Of a stretch of 64,000 bases of DNA, positions 53,892-62,531 are shown one piece after another. This DNA is from Hallerella sp. (lineage in GTDB: Bacteria > Bacillota_I > Bacilli_A > RFN20 > CAG-826), in NCBI GenBank assembly GCA_963648925.1, contig CAVJFO010000015.1:117426-181425 (forward strand). The letters are read 5' to 3'. Each line of letters opens with the position of its first letter. Position 1 is the stretch's first letter. The notes under the pieces were generated by a model. That model saw only the letters and a list, made by a program, of their open reading frames with translations, was not told the DNA's origin and searched no databases. The position numbers were made by a program, and so were the translations under genes.

Positions 53892-55079
53892 ATGCAAAAA
53901 GATTACGTTGAAAAAGAAGAAATCAAAACCGATAAAAACGGCGTACTAATCGTTAGGGGTTCTTCATTAAGAAGAGCTTTAGCGGAGTTGGCGGATATCT
54001 TAACTGCTTTTATTTTAGCCATAACGATTTATGGTGTGGGCTTTCAACGCTTGTTTGGCTATGACCACTATACAAATGAGATGAGCAAGGTTTCTTCTTC
54101 TATGACCTCGTTCATGATTGAACATAACTTATATAAGAAAAGCGATGACGGAAACATTTTGCTAAAAAGCGATTTGTCCTCTTATTGGTCATATTACTAC
54201 CTTGCTAACTCTGATTCTTCATATAAAAAAAGAAAGATTTATGAGCCAATAAAAGACTATTACACGGTCACAAGGATTTCATCTTTTGCTAGGATGAGCC
54301 AATACGAATACAACACGGAAATCCTCAAATTGCCAAAAACGCTTGATGGCTCTTATGAAGATAGCGTTTTCATATACGATTCAACAAGCGCGGATCCTTT
54401 AAATAACGAGCCAATATTCAAAGAAGAAATAGCAACAAACCTTAACACGTATTATTTAGGCAATACTGATGCTTATGAACCAAAAAACGCCTATCAAACA
54501 GTTTCTACATTCTTCTCAAATATCTACGACGTTGCTTTTTCAGAAGCGGTAAAAGATGAGACATATATGAATTTAGTCTTAGAATTTGCCTCCAAGATGT
54601 GGTCACGCTCTTACCTTCAATCCGCGGCAATAATTTCTTCCTATTTGCTTGGGGCAATTATCACTTTTTTACTTCTCCCTTTAATTCAATTGAGTGGCTT
54701 GACCCTAGGAAAAAGAGTAGCAAAGCTTCAAGTTAACGATCAATATGGTGATAAACCGCGTTGGTATTCTTTCTTGATTAGGGGTTTAGTGCAAATAATA
54801 TGTTACTGTTTCATGATTCCCCTTATCGGAGTTATGTCTTACGGATTCGGGGCTTTCGAGATGCCTTTGCTAGAGATAGGTTCGTTTAACTTAAACTTAT
54901 CTTTATTTGCAATTCTGGGCTTGTTATTAACCATTCTTTCCTTAGTTATGATGCTAGTAACCCCAGGAAAACAATCATTACACGATTTAGCTTCCTTGAC
55001 TTATGTTAATACCTCGGATATAAAAGTTATCCGTGATGAACAAAGCAAATTAGAGAAAAACGATCATGGAACAAAATAA
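53892..55079 (+). CDS. RDD-family membrane protein with a large ectodomain (paralogue 2)
   Basis: LTLGKRVAKL and SLHDLASLTYV RDD motifs. Ectodomain shares FFSNIYD and DDGNILLKS motifs with paralogue 1. Confidence 0.6.
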   Translation: MQKDYVEKEEIKTDKNGVLIVRGSSLRRALAELADILTAFILAITIYGVGFQRLFGYDHYTNEMSKVSSSMTSFMIEHNLYKKSDDGNILLKSDLSSYWSYYYLANSDSSYKKRKIYEPIKDYYTVTRISSFARMSQYEYNTEILKLPKTLDGSYEDSVFIYDSTSADPLNNEPIFKEEIATNLNTYYLGNTDAYEPKNAYQTVSTFFSNIYDVAFSEAVKDETYMNLVLEFASKMWSRSYLQSAAIISSYLLGAIITFLLLPLIQLSGLTLGKRVAKLQVNDQYGDKPRWYSFLIRGLVQIICYCFMIPLIGVMSYGFGAFEMPLLEIGSFNLNLSLFAILGLLLTILSLVMMLVTPGKQSLHDLASLTYVNTSDIKVIRDEQSKLEKNDHGTK

Positions 55080-56124
55080 AACGGCTAATACATTAGAATA
55101 TTTCAAAGCGCCATTTGGCAAAAGAATGGTTTCGATAATAATTGAAATTTTTCTTCTTTCATTTGGCTTTTTAGCTTTTCTTTTTTGTTCGCGTCTTATC
55201 GTTGAAAGAATGCCGTTATATACTGATTCATTCGACACATATATCAATATTTCAAAGGATTCTGGATTATACGTTTGCGATAAAACAACCGATAATAACC
55301 TTGTGACTCTTACCGAATATTATGGAAGCAAATCATACGAAACGCAAAATAACGTTATCGAAAAAGCGCTCACTAAGTTTTACACCTTAGAAGAATTCTT
55401 TTCCCAAGATGAAAATAGCGATACGTATGGCCCAAATATTTATTACAAACAAAAAATAGGCGAGACACGTATTGGAAACGATGAAGGAGTGGATTATTTT
55501 TTATTGGACGCAACAGGTACCCCAAAGAAAAACCCTTCATTTACTGAAGAGAAGATGAACGCCTTTTACCTTACGGCATATGATCGCGCTGTTTCCTATA
55601 TTCAAAACAATGAATCTTACCTTCAAGCAAGAAACGTCTTAACAATTTATATCAACCTCGTTTTGATACCTCTTTCGATTGTTCTTTCTTTTTTGATATT
55701 CGAAGTTCTCATCCCTTTAACAATCGGACGAAGAGGCAAACAAACCTTAGGGATGAAATCAATGAAACTTTCTCTTCTTTCTGTTGATGCGCTCTCTTGC
55801 AAGGCAAATAGATTTATCGCTAGGCAAGCGATTCAACTCTTTTTGATTATCTTGTTATCTCTTGTCTCTTTTGGCATTCCTTTAATCGTTTCTTTTTCAA
55901 TGATGATATTTAGAAAAGATGGCCAATGCCTCCATGATTATTTATCTGGAACCTATATGGTTGATTCATCCGAACAATCTGTTTATTTAACTTACGAAGA
56001 GATGAATAACCTCAAAAAGAAAGCGGAAGATAGCTACAATAAAGGCATCCAATCTTCAAGAAAAAATCAAAAAGACATTCCTTTGGGAGATGACTCAATT
56101 TGGCGCAATTTACGCGATAAATGA
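55066..56124 (+). CDS. RDD-family membrane protein with a large ectodomain (paralogue 3)
   Basis: GRRGKQTLGMK and CLHDYLSGTYMV RDD motifs. Overlaps paralogue 2 by 14 nt. Confidence 0.6.
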   Translation: MEQNKTANTLEYFKAPFGKRMVSIIIEIFLLSFGFLAFLFCSRLIVERMPLYTDSFDTYINISKDSGLYVCDKTTDNNLVTLTEYYGSKSYETQNNVIEKALTKFYTLEEFFSQDENSDTYGPNIYYKQKIGETRIGNDEGVDYFLLDATGTPKKNPSFTEEKMNAFYLTAYDRAVSYIQNNESYLQARNVLTIYINLVLIPLSIVLSFLIFEVLIPLTIGRRGKQTLGMKSMKLSLLSVDALSCKANRFIARQAIQLFLIILLSLVSFGIPLIVSFSMMIFRKDGQCLHDYLSGTYMVDSSEQSVYLTYEEMNNLKKKAEDSYNKGIQSSRKNQKDIPLGDDSIWRNLRDK

Positions 56125-56236
56125 GCAAATGTATTCGCTTACATTTATCTGAAAACTATTTATTAAAAATAGTGGTATTGAATTAAAGAGTTTTTTCTCT
56201 TAAAATTTGGTATGCAAAAAATGATTGGAGACGCTC

Positions 56237-57394
56237 ATGGAGATTAGACTAAAAAATCTTACCAAATGCTTCCCAGGAAACCCAAAAAAGGGAATTCCTG
56301 ATACTTACGCAGTGAATGCTTTGGACGTTACCATTCCTGATGGAAAATTAGTTGGACTTTTAGGCCCTTCTGGATGTGGTAAATCAACAACTCTTTATAT
56401 GGTTGCTGGTCTTTTGGAACCTACCGAAGGTGAAATTTGGTTTGGTGATGAAGATGTTACGGATCTTGAACCTGAAAAAAGAGGAATTGGCTTGGTTTTC
56501 CAAAACTATGCCCTTTACCCACATATGACAGTTTATAAGAATGTAGCCTTCCCTTTAACCAACCTTCGTATCGAAGAAAAAGTTCTTGATCAAAATGGAA
56601 ACGAAGTTTTAGATGAAACCGGAAAACCATATATCAAAAAGAGAAAGTTAACCAAGGATGAAATCGATAAAATCGTCCGTGAAACCGCTAAAATTGTCCA
56701 AATCGAAGAATATTTGGAAAGAAAGCCAAATCAACTTTCTGGTGGTCAGCAACAACGTGTTGCCATCGCTAGAGCTTTAGTCAAAAAACCAAAAGTTCTC
56801 TTACTTGACGAACCTCTTTCAAACTTAGATGCTCGTTTAAGACTTCAAACTCGTGAAGAAATCAGAAGAATTCAACAATCTACTGGCATTACCACGATAT
56901 TCGTTACCCATGACCAAGAAGAAGCTATGTCTATCTCCGATGAGATTGTAGTTATGAAGCTTGGCGTTGAACAACAACGTGGTGTTCCTCAAGATGTTTA
57001 TAACAACCCATGCAACAAGTTCGTTGCTAACTTCTTAGGCACTCCTCCGATCAACCTTTTCAAAGGACATATCAAAGATAACAAGGTCTACGTTGGTGAA
57101 GAAGTAGTCCGTGAAATTACCGAAAAAGATGTTCCAGATCAAGAATGTACAGTCGGTATTCGTCCAGAAGGTATCATCGTTGACGAAAAAGGAACATTCA
57201 CATTCAATTGCGAGCGCATCCTTACTATGGGACGCGATATTATGCTTGCTTCCGAACATCCTGAAGCAATCTCTAATACCAAATTCTTAGTTGACGCCTT
57301 CGTTAAAGTTTCAACAGGCGTGGTTCACGCTTCTATAAAACCTCATAAATGTTTTGCTTTCTCTTTAGAAGGGAATGAGGAGAGGATTATCTAA
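56237..57394 (+). CDS. ABC transporter ATP-binding protein, MalK/UgpC/MsmX type with a C-terminal TOBE-like domain
   Basis: Walker A GPSGCGKST, signature LSGGQQQRV and Walker B LLLDEP. Confidence 0.92.
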   Translation: MEIRLKNLTKCFPGNPKKGIPDTYAVNALDVTIPDGKLVGLLGPSGCGKSTTLYMVAGLLEPTEGEIWFGDEDVTDLEPEKRGIGLVFQNYALYPHMTVYKNVAFPLTNLRIEEKVLDQNGNEVLDETGKPYIKKRKLTKDEIDKIVRETAKIVQIEEYLERKPNQLSGGQQQRVAIARALVKKPKVLLLDEPLSNLDARLRLQTREEIRRIQQSTGITTIFVTHDQEEAMSISDEIVVMKLGVEQQRGVPQDVYNNPCNKFVANFLGTPPINLFKGHIKDNKVYVGEEVVREITEKDVPDQECTVGIRPEGIIVDEKGTFTFNCERILTMGRDIMLASEHPEAISNTKFLVDAFVKVSTGVVHASIKPHKCFAFSLEGNEERII

Positions 57395-57396
57395 GC

Positions 57397-58482
57397 ATGG
57401 AAAATTCTGCGACCACTGCGAAAAAAGGCAATATATTCTCCAGATTCTTTAAGAAGAAGGAGAGAGTTTCTGCCGATGCTGGAGAAAAGAATAACTGGAA
57501 GGCCTGGCTTTATCTTGCCCCTGTAATTATTCTTTTATCAGTTTTTACTTTTTATCCTTTAATTAATACTATCGTAATCGCCTTCCTTAGGGATTATGAC
57601 TACACGACCCAAACAAATACTGGATTTACCTTAGATAATTTCTTGACCGTTTTAACTTTAGCGGGTAAGGATCCAGCATCAAATTTGGTTTATCGCTGGA
57701 ATTGTTTCTATGATGAAACGCTTGGTGGCTTAGCCTATATCAATGAGGCTGGCGCCGCAACACGTGTTTATTTCCAAACGGATGTCTTAACATACGCATT
57801 GCCAAACACGATGCTTATCACCTTCGTTACCGTTCCAGTATCTATAATCATCGCATTATTGATATCTGTATGCCTTAATTCAATTAAAGCCTTTAAAAAG
57901 GTTTTGCAGACGATTTTCTTTATTCCTTATGTTACTAACGCTATTGCCGTCGGCATGGTCTTTGCTGTTTTATTCGATTCGCAAGGTATTTTGAACTTTA
58001 TCTTCGGTCTTGGCAATCACAAATGGATTGATGGTGGCGCTACATGGGGATCCGGTATGCTTGCCTTATGCATTTACATCGTTTGGCATGCTTTACCATA
58101 TAAAATCCTTATATTCTTATCAGCTCTTCAAAACATCGATAAACAATACTATGATGCAGCTAAAATCGACTGCGCTGGCAAATGGAAAACATTCTGGCAT
58201 GTTACAGTTCCAATGCTTTCCCCACAAATTCTTTATATTATGATCACCTCCTTTATCGGATCATTTAAAGAATACACATCAGTCGTTGGCTTATTCGGCT
58301 CTCCATCCACAGATGGCGGTTCGACAAAGAACATGTACACGATTGTTTATTACATTTACGAATGCTTAAGCGCGCCTACAACCGTTTCTAGAGGTGCAGC
58401 AGCAGCAGTCTTACTCTTTATCATCATTATGATATTCACCGCAATTCAATTCCAAGTTTCTAAGAGGAGGGTTCATTATTAA
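57397..58482 (+). CDS. ABC transporter permease (CUT1, MalF/UgpA-like)
   Basis: Six TM helices. EAA-like loop (AAKIDCAGKWKTFWHVTVP). Confidence 0.85.
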   Translation: MENSATTAKKGNIFSRFFKKKERVSADAGEKNNWKAWLYLAPVIILLSVFTFYPLINTIVIAFLRDYDYTTQTNTGFTLDNFLTVLTLAGKDPASNLVYRWNCFYDETLGGLAYINEAGAATRVYFQTDVLTYALPNTMLITFVTVPVSIIIALLISVCLNSIKAFKKVLQTIFFIPYVTNAIAVGMVFAVLFDSQGILNFIFGLGNHKWIDGGATWGSGMLALCIYIVWHALPYKILIFLSALQNIDKQYYDAAKIDCAGKWKTFWHVTVPMLSPQILYIMITSFIGSFKEYTSVVGLFGSPSTDGGSTKNMYTIVYYIYECLSAPTTVSRGAAAAVLLFIIIMIFTAIQFQVSKRRVHY

Positions 58483-58483
58483 T

Positions 58484-59533
58484 ATGGCTTACGATTCAAG
58501 AAATTTTATCCAACGCCTTCTCAAAATGAAGTCTCGTGAAGAGAAACAAGCTGAAAGAGAAGCAAAACCTGAATATCAAGCAATTAACACTGCTTCGATG
58601 TCATTAGTCATCAAAGAAGGAAGAGCAGATGCTGTTCAACTTCAAAAAGCTCAAAAAATTGGACGTGTGATTACTTCAGTTATTACATATGCTTTCCTTT
58701 TGTTTATGAGTGTTATCATCCTTTTCCCATTTTATTGGATGATTATCACCTCCTTAAAGAGCACGACGGAAATCCGTTCTTCAACCCAAACATTCTTCCC
58801 TGCAACAGTCTTATGGACAAACTACATTACAGTTTTTAACACATTTGACTTTATTACTTATGTAGGCAACACATTGGTTGTTGGCATTATCTCTACCATT
58901 GGTACGATAATTACGACAATTCTTGCCGCATTTGCCTTTGCTAGACTTAATTTCAAAGGGAAAGACTTCATCTTTGCGATTTTATTGGCAACAATGATGA
59001 TCCCTGGCGAAATGATGGTTATTACAAACTATATCACCGTCGCTAAATTACCTTGGTATGAATTTGGCGTTGGACAAGTAACCGGATGGCTTACATATAA
59101 AGATTCGGTATTCGCCTCGATGATCGTTCCTTTCTGGGTATCAGTCTTCTATATTTATTTATTAAGACAAAACTTCAAACAAATCCCTAATGAACTTTAT
59201 TTGGCTGCTAAGGTTGATGGAAAGTCTGATTGGCAATTCCTCTGGCACGTCATGGTTCCACTAGCTATGCCTACTTTGATTTCTATATTTATCCTTAAAT
59301 TAATGGGTACTTGGAACTCTTATGTTTGGCCTCAACTCGTTACGGCAGGAAATGAATCTTGGAGATTGGTCACTAACGGTCTTCGTTCATCCTTCTCAAC
59401 AACTGCAGGAGAACCGCAATATGGCATTCAGATGGCGGCGACAATCCTTGTAACAGTTCCGTTACTATTATTGTTTATTTTCTTCCGCAAGTATATTATG
59501 AAAGGCGTTGGCCGCGCCGGTATTAAAGGCTAA
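58484..59533 (+). CDS. ABC transporter permease (CUT1, MalG/UgpE-like)
   Basis: Six TM helices. EAA loop (AAKVDGKSDWQFLWHVMVP). Confidence 0.85.
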   Translation: MAYDSRNFIQRLLKMKSREEKQAEREAKPEYQAINTASMSLVIKEGRADAVQLQKAQKIGRVITSVITYAFLLFMSVIILFPFYWMIITSLKSTTEIRSSTQTFFPATVLWTNYITVFNTFDFITYVGNTLVVGIISTIGTIITTILAAFAFARLNFKGKDFIFAILLATMMIPGEMMVITNYITVAKLPWYEFGVGQVTGWLTYKDSVFASMIVPFWVSVFYIYLLRQNFKQIPNELYLAAKVDGKSDWQFLWHVMVPLAMPTLISIFILKLMGTWNSYVWPQLVTAGNESWRLVTNGLRSSFSTTAGEPQYGIQMAATILVTVPLLLLFIFFRKYIMKGVGRAGIKG

Positions 59534-59591
59534 GGTTAAATTTGGTTACATTTCGTAAGAATGTGATATAAAAAAGAAAATGGAGAGAAAA

Positions 59592-61037
59592 ATGTCTAAG
59601 AAAAAATTATTAACAGGCGTTCTTGCAGTCTTATCTGCAGCATTCATCGCGACAAGCTGTGGAGAAACTGATAAGGACAACGGCAGTTCCAATGCCGATG
59701 ACGCTACAAGCAGCCAATCATCTTCTAACACAGCTGATACATCAGCTTTCGATCAACAAGTTACCGCTTTAGGCGATTTGAAAAAGCTTAGCTGTGAAGT
59801 TACCTTCTGGCACACAATGGGTAAATCCAACCAAACTTATTTGGATACTTTCATCGAACAATTCAACAAAGTCTATCCAAACATCAAAATCACCGGTTCC
59901 CAACAAGGTGGGTATGACGAGCTAAAGACCGCTGTTTCTAACGCAATTCCAGCTGGAACAACCCCAACGATGACATATTGCTACCCAGATCACGTTGCCG
60001 ACTATCTTCCTTCCGATTCTGTCGTCAAACTTGACAATTTCATGAATTCTAAAGTCATTGGTTTAGGAGTTGATAATGGTCTTGGCGATGGTGATGCTGA
60101 CGATTTCATCCAAACATATTTGCATGAAGGCGATAATTACACCGTCTCTGGCAAAAAAGTCGAAGGCTATTACTCAATGCCTTTCTCTAAATCAACAGAA
60201 GTTCTTTTCTATAACAAAGACGCTTTTGAAACAAATGGCTGGCAAGTTCCTGAAACTTGGGATCAAATGTGGACTCTTTGCGAAACAATCAAAGCAACAT
60301 ATGGTGATGATGTTACTCCATTAGGATACGACTCTGATGCAAACTTCTTTATCACTTATTGCGCACAAAACAATATCCCATATACAACTGGCGAAGGCAG
60401 TGAACACTTCCTTTTCAATAACGATAAAGCAAAAGCTTTCGTTAACACAATTAAGGATTACTCCGCTAATGTTGGCAGCGGCTATTGGACTTCCCAAACT
60501 CAACTTGGTTCAGGAACCTATACCTCAACAAAATTCACCAATGAAGAAATCTTCATGTCTATTGGCTCTACTGGCGGAACCACATATAACGTTTCAGAAA
60601 ATTTCGAAACTGGCGTTGCAGCTTTACCACAATCCGATTTAAATAACGGAAAAGTCATCATGCAAGGACCTTCCATCTGCTTTATGTCTGATTCTACCTT
60701 AGCTCAAAGAGTTGGTGCTTGGTTATTCTATAAATTCATCACCAATACTCACAATTCAGCTATTTGGTCTTCTAGCACCGGTTATAACCCAGTTAGAACA
60801 TCCTCTTTCACCGATGAGGCATATGCTACATCTAAATCTAGCTTAGTTAACACAGTTCTCCAATTTACAGGCACTGGATCTTCCTATGCTGATTGGTACT
60901 ACACATCTCCATCTTTCAAAGGCTCTTCAGCCGCTAGAACTCAAATCACCAACTTAATGTCTGGTGTTTTGACTGGTACAAAAACTGTTGATCAAGCTTT
61001 CGAAGATGCATATCAAAACTGCTTATTTGCAGCTTAA
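59592..61037 (+). CDS. ABC transporter substrate-binding lipoprotein (family 1), copy 1
   Basis: Lipobox ATSC. FWHTMGK and CYPDHVA motifs shared with copy 2. Confidence 0.85.
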   Translation: MSKKKLLTGVLAVLSAAFIATSCGETDKDNGSSNADDATSSQSSSNTADTSAFDQQVTALGDLKKLSCEVTFWHTMGKSNQTYLDTFIEQFNKVYPNIKITGSQQGGYDELKTAVSNAIPAGTTPTMTYCYPDHVADYLPSDSVVKLDNFMNSKVIGLGVDNGLGDGDADDFIQTYLHEGDNYTVSGKKVEGYYSMPFSKSTEVLFYNKDAFETNGWQVPETWDQMWTLCETIKATYGDDVTPLGYDSDANFFITYCAQNNIPYTTGEGSEHFLFNNDKAKAFVNTIKDYSANVGSGYWTSQTQLGSGTYTSTKFTNEEIFMSIGSTGGTTYNVSENFETGVAALPQSDLNNGKVIMQGPSICFMSDSTLAQRVGAWLFYKFITNTHNSAIWSSSTGYNPVRTSSFTDEAYATSKSSLVNTVLQFTGTGSSYADWYYTSPSFKGSSAARTQITNLMSGVLTGTKTVDQAFEDAYQNCLFAA

Positions 61038-61052
61038 TTCATAACAACACAT

Positions 61053-61078
61053 ATAGGCGGAATCTTTTTTCCGCCTAT
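61053..61078 (+). terminator. Strong hairpin (10-bp stem) between the two binding-protein genes; weak U-tract, so a possible partial terminator or mRNA stabiliser
   Basis: Perfect inverted repeat ATAGGCGGAA-TCTTTT-TTCCGCCTAT. Confidence 0.35.
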
Positions 61079-61105
61079 ATTCAAATTTAGACGAGGTACA
61101 CGATA

Positions 61106-62518
61106 ATGAAAAAAAGAAATCTAGCTTTGTTATTAGGAATAGGGGTTTTATCTCTTGCAGGATGCGGTGAGACGGTTAATTCTTCTACTGATGCTTCAAA
61201 CTCGAATGATGGAAATAGCCAAAACGGCTCTTCTAGCACGAACTCTGGCAAGGTAGAAGTTGAATTCTGGCACACCATGGGCAAGGCCAATCAAGATATT
61301 CTTGAAGGCATGATAAAGGCTTTTGAAGCAGAAAATCCAGACATCACCATTAAACAAAGTGCTGCTGCTGGCGGCTATGACGATTTAGAGCAATTGATTC
61401 TTAAGAACGTTGCTACAAGCGGCTTACCAACAATGGCTTTCTGCTATCCTGATCACGTTGCTGAATATCTTAATAGCGGAAGTAGTGGAATCGTAACTGA
61501 TTTAACCTCGTTTATAAATGATCCTGAATTAGGATTCACGGTAGAAGATGGTTCCCACGTCGATGAAGATGGGAATACTGTCTATGGCGTTGATGACTTC
61601 GTTCCAACATTCTGGGAAGAAGGATGCAATTACACCAAAGAAGGTGTTTATAGCGTTCCATTTGCCAAATCCACCGAAGCTTTATTCTATAACGTAGATA
61701 TGTTTGAAGAATATGGTTGGGAAGTTCCTCAAACTTGGGATCAAATGTGGGCTCTTTGCAAAGAAATCAAAGAAATGGATTTCCCTGAGGTTCAAGCTCC
61801 ATTAGGATACGATTCCGATTCAAACTTATTTATCTCTTTATCCGAACAAATGGATCTTCCATATACTAGTGCGACTGGAAATCACTATTTGTTTGATAAT
61901 GCACAATCTAAGGCTATGGTTAGCGATCTTAAGGCAAAATATGACCAAGGGTTGTTCATCACAAAAGGATCTTCTGGAAATAACACCTACACCTCAACAA
62001 AATTTACGAATGGCGAAGTGTTAATGACAATTGGATCAACTGGTGGCACCACATATAACCAAACGCAAAACTTCACTGTCGGAGTTGCTGAGCCTCCAGC
62101 ATACGATCTTTCAAAGAAAGCCGTCATTTCTCAAGGCCCATCGATTTGTTTCTTCAATGCCGCCTCATCGAAAGCAGCTTCTCCAGCTCAACTTAAGGCC
62201 GCTTGGAAATTCTATAAATTCATTTCAAACGCCGAGAATAGCACCTTATATTCCGTTTCAACCGGTTACCAACCAGTAAGAACATCATCTTATGAAACTG
62301 AAATATATAAGAATTTTGCTTCTGGTACCACAAGCCTTTTAAATAGAGTTGCAAACGTTTCTTCGACCATGCTTGATTCATATTTCAATTCTCCAGTTTT
62401 CATTGGCTCAGCCAAAGCTAGAGACGAAGTCGGCTCTTTAATTAGTGCGGTTCTCCTCGGAACAAAAGATGTCGATAAAGCATTTGAAGACGCTTTAGCT
62501 AATTGCGTTATGGGATAA
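61106..62518 (+). CDS. ABC transporter substrate-binding lipoprotein (family 1), copy 2
   Basis: Lipobox LAGC. Paralogous to copy 1. Confidence 0.85.
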   Translation: MKKRNLALLLGIGVLSLAGCGETVNSSTDASNSNDGNSQNGSSSTNSGKVEVEFWHTMGKANQDILEGMIKAFEAENPDITIKQSAAAGGYDDLEQLILKNVATSGLPTMAFCYPDHVAEYLNSGSSGIVTDLTSFINDPELGFTVEDGSHVDEDGNTVYGVDDFVPTFWEEGCNYTKEGVYSVPFAKSTEALFYNVDMFEEYGWEVPQTWDQMWALCKEIKEMDFPEVQAPLGYDSDSNLFISLSEQMDLPYTSATGNHYLFDNAQSKAMVSDLKAKYDQGLFITKGSSGNNTYTSTKFTNGEVLMTIGSTGGTTYNQTQNFTVGVAEPPAYDLSKKAVISQGPSICFFNAASSKAASPAQLKAAWKFYKFISNAENSTLYSVSTGYQPVRTSSYETEIYKNFASGTTSLLNRVANVSSTMLDSYFNSPVFIGSAKARDEVGSLISAVLLGTKDVDKAFEDALANCVMG

Positions 62519-62531
62519 AAAGGAGACTTTT

